Part shown: piece after piece, positions 63,451-64,000 of the stretch
How the letters are laid out: the number at the start of each line of letters is the position of its first letter
Position numbering within the stretch: position 1 is the first letter of the stretch
NCBI RefSeq assembly: GCF_037042905.1
Contig: NC_087256.1
Coordinates: 9,424,001-9,488,000 of the forward strand
Length of the DNA: 64,000 nt
DNA from: Lytechinus pictus
Lineage: Eukaryota
Direction: 5' to 3'
Position numbers and translations under genes: made by a program
Notes under the pieces: model-generated
Told to the model about the DNA's origin: nothing
Databases searched by the model: none
What the model saw: the letters and a program-made list of their open reading frames with translations, nothing else

Positions 63451-64000
63451 CATGTTTTTTAATGCTTCATGCAGGGAACATCGGCCCAAATAAAAATATA
63501 AATGCAGAATGACAATCCTGTACATTCAAATATAAATGAATCGCAAGTTGTACTTGAAGTGCATAATATGAAATAGAAGACAATGAAATAATCTTGGAGC
63601 ATGCATCCTTGTCATTTCATTTTTTTTTATTGACGATGTTTGAAAATACATTGAACTGGGACCAATGTCAAATAAGTAGAGTCTTTATACGTTGATATGT
63701 CTAAAGTTATTATCTGGAGTGAAAGTGGATGGAAACGGTTTTTATGTGAATTAATGTATCTCATTGTCAATGTCAATATGTTTGGTTTGTATCATTATCT
63801 GGAATAAAGATGAGTAGAAATAACGTTAATCATGTTTTTTTATCATTTTTCTCTTAGTAAATAGGTGGATATCTAGCCTACCTATCTATTTCCCTCCTTC
63901 TTCCTTCGTCTTTATATTCACCCTCACAAACACGTGAACACACACACCCACTCACTCAATTAGTCACTTTTTCTCTCCGAATTTTGTCTCCATATTTTGC

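Overview
AT-rich, intron-rich animal genomic DNA. The repeat landscape and gene content look echinoderm/sea-urchin-like, which is an inference. There are three N gaps. Manual splice modelling gives seven protein-coding genes: three paralogous 8-exon secreted subtilisin/proteinase-K-family (S8A, with I9 prodomain) serine proteases (1167-14118 +, 38305-45637 +, 55914-60604 -), a GT10 alpha-1,3-fucosyltransferase with a single coding exon (17442-18902 -), a multi-exon coiled-coil plus non-RD protein kinase (23530-34075 -), and two tandem 2-exon class A GPCRs (47582-49610 +, 53146-55048 +). Introns and intergenic DNA contain many MITEs, tRNA-derived SINEs, one LINE tail and microsatellites. The main observation is in the third protease gene, which carries three tandem, intact, same-length (148 nt) copies of the exon encoding the catalytic His and the 100-107 substrate-binding strand (58579-58726, 58377-58524, 58150-58297). 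Each copy has canonical splice sites. Adjacent copies differ at 28 synonymous codons but only 3 amino acids, joining any two produces a stop within five codons, and most amino-acid differences sit in the S3/S4 substrate-binding segment. This is the signature of a mutually exclusive exon cassette that could switch protease specificity.
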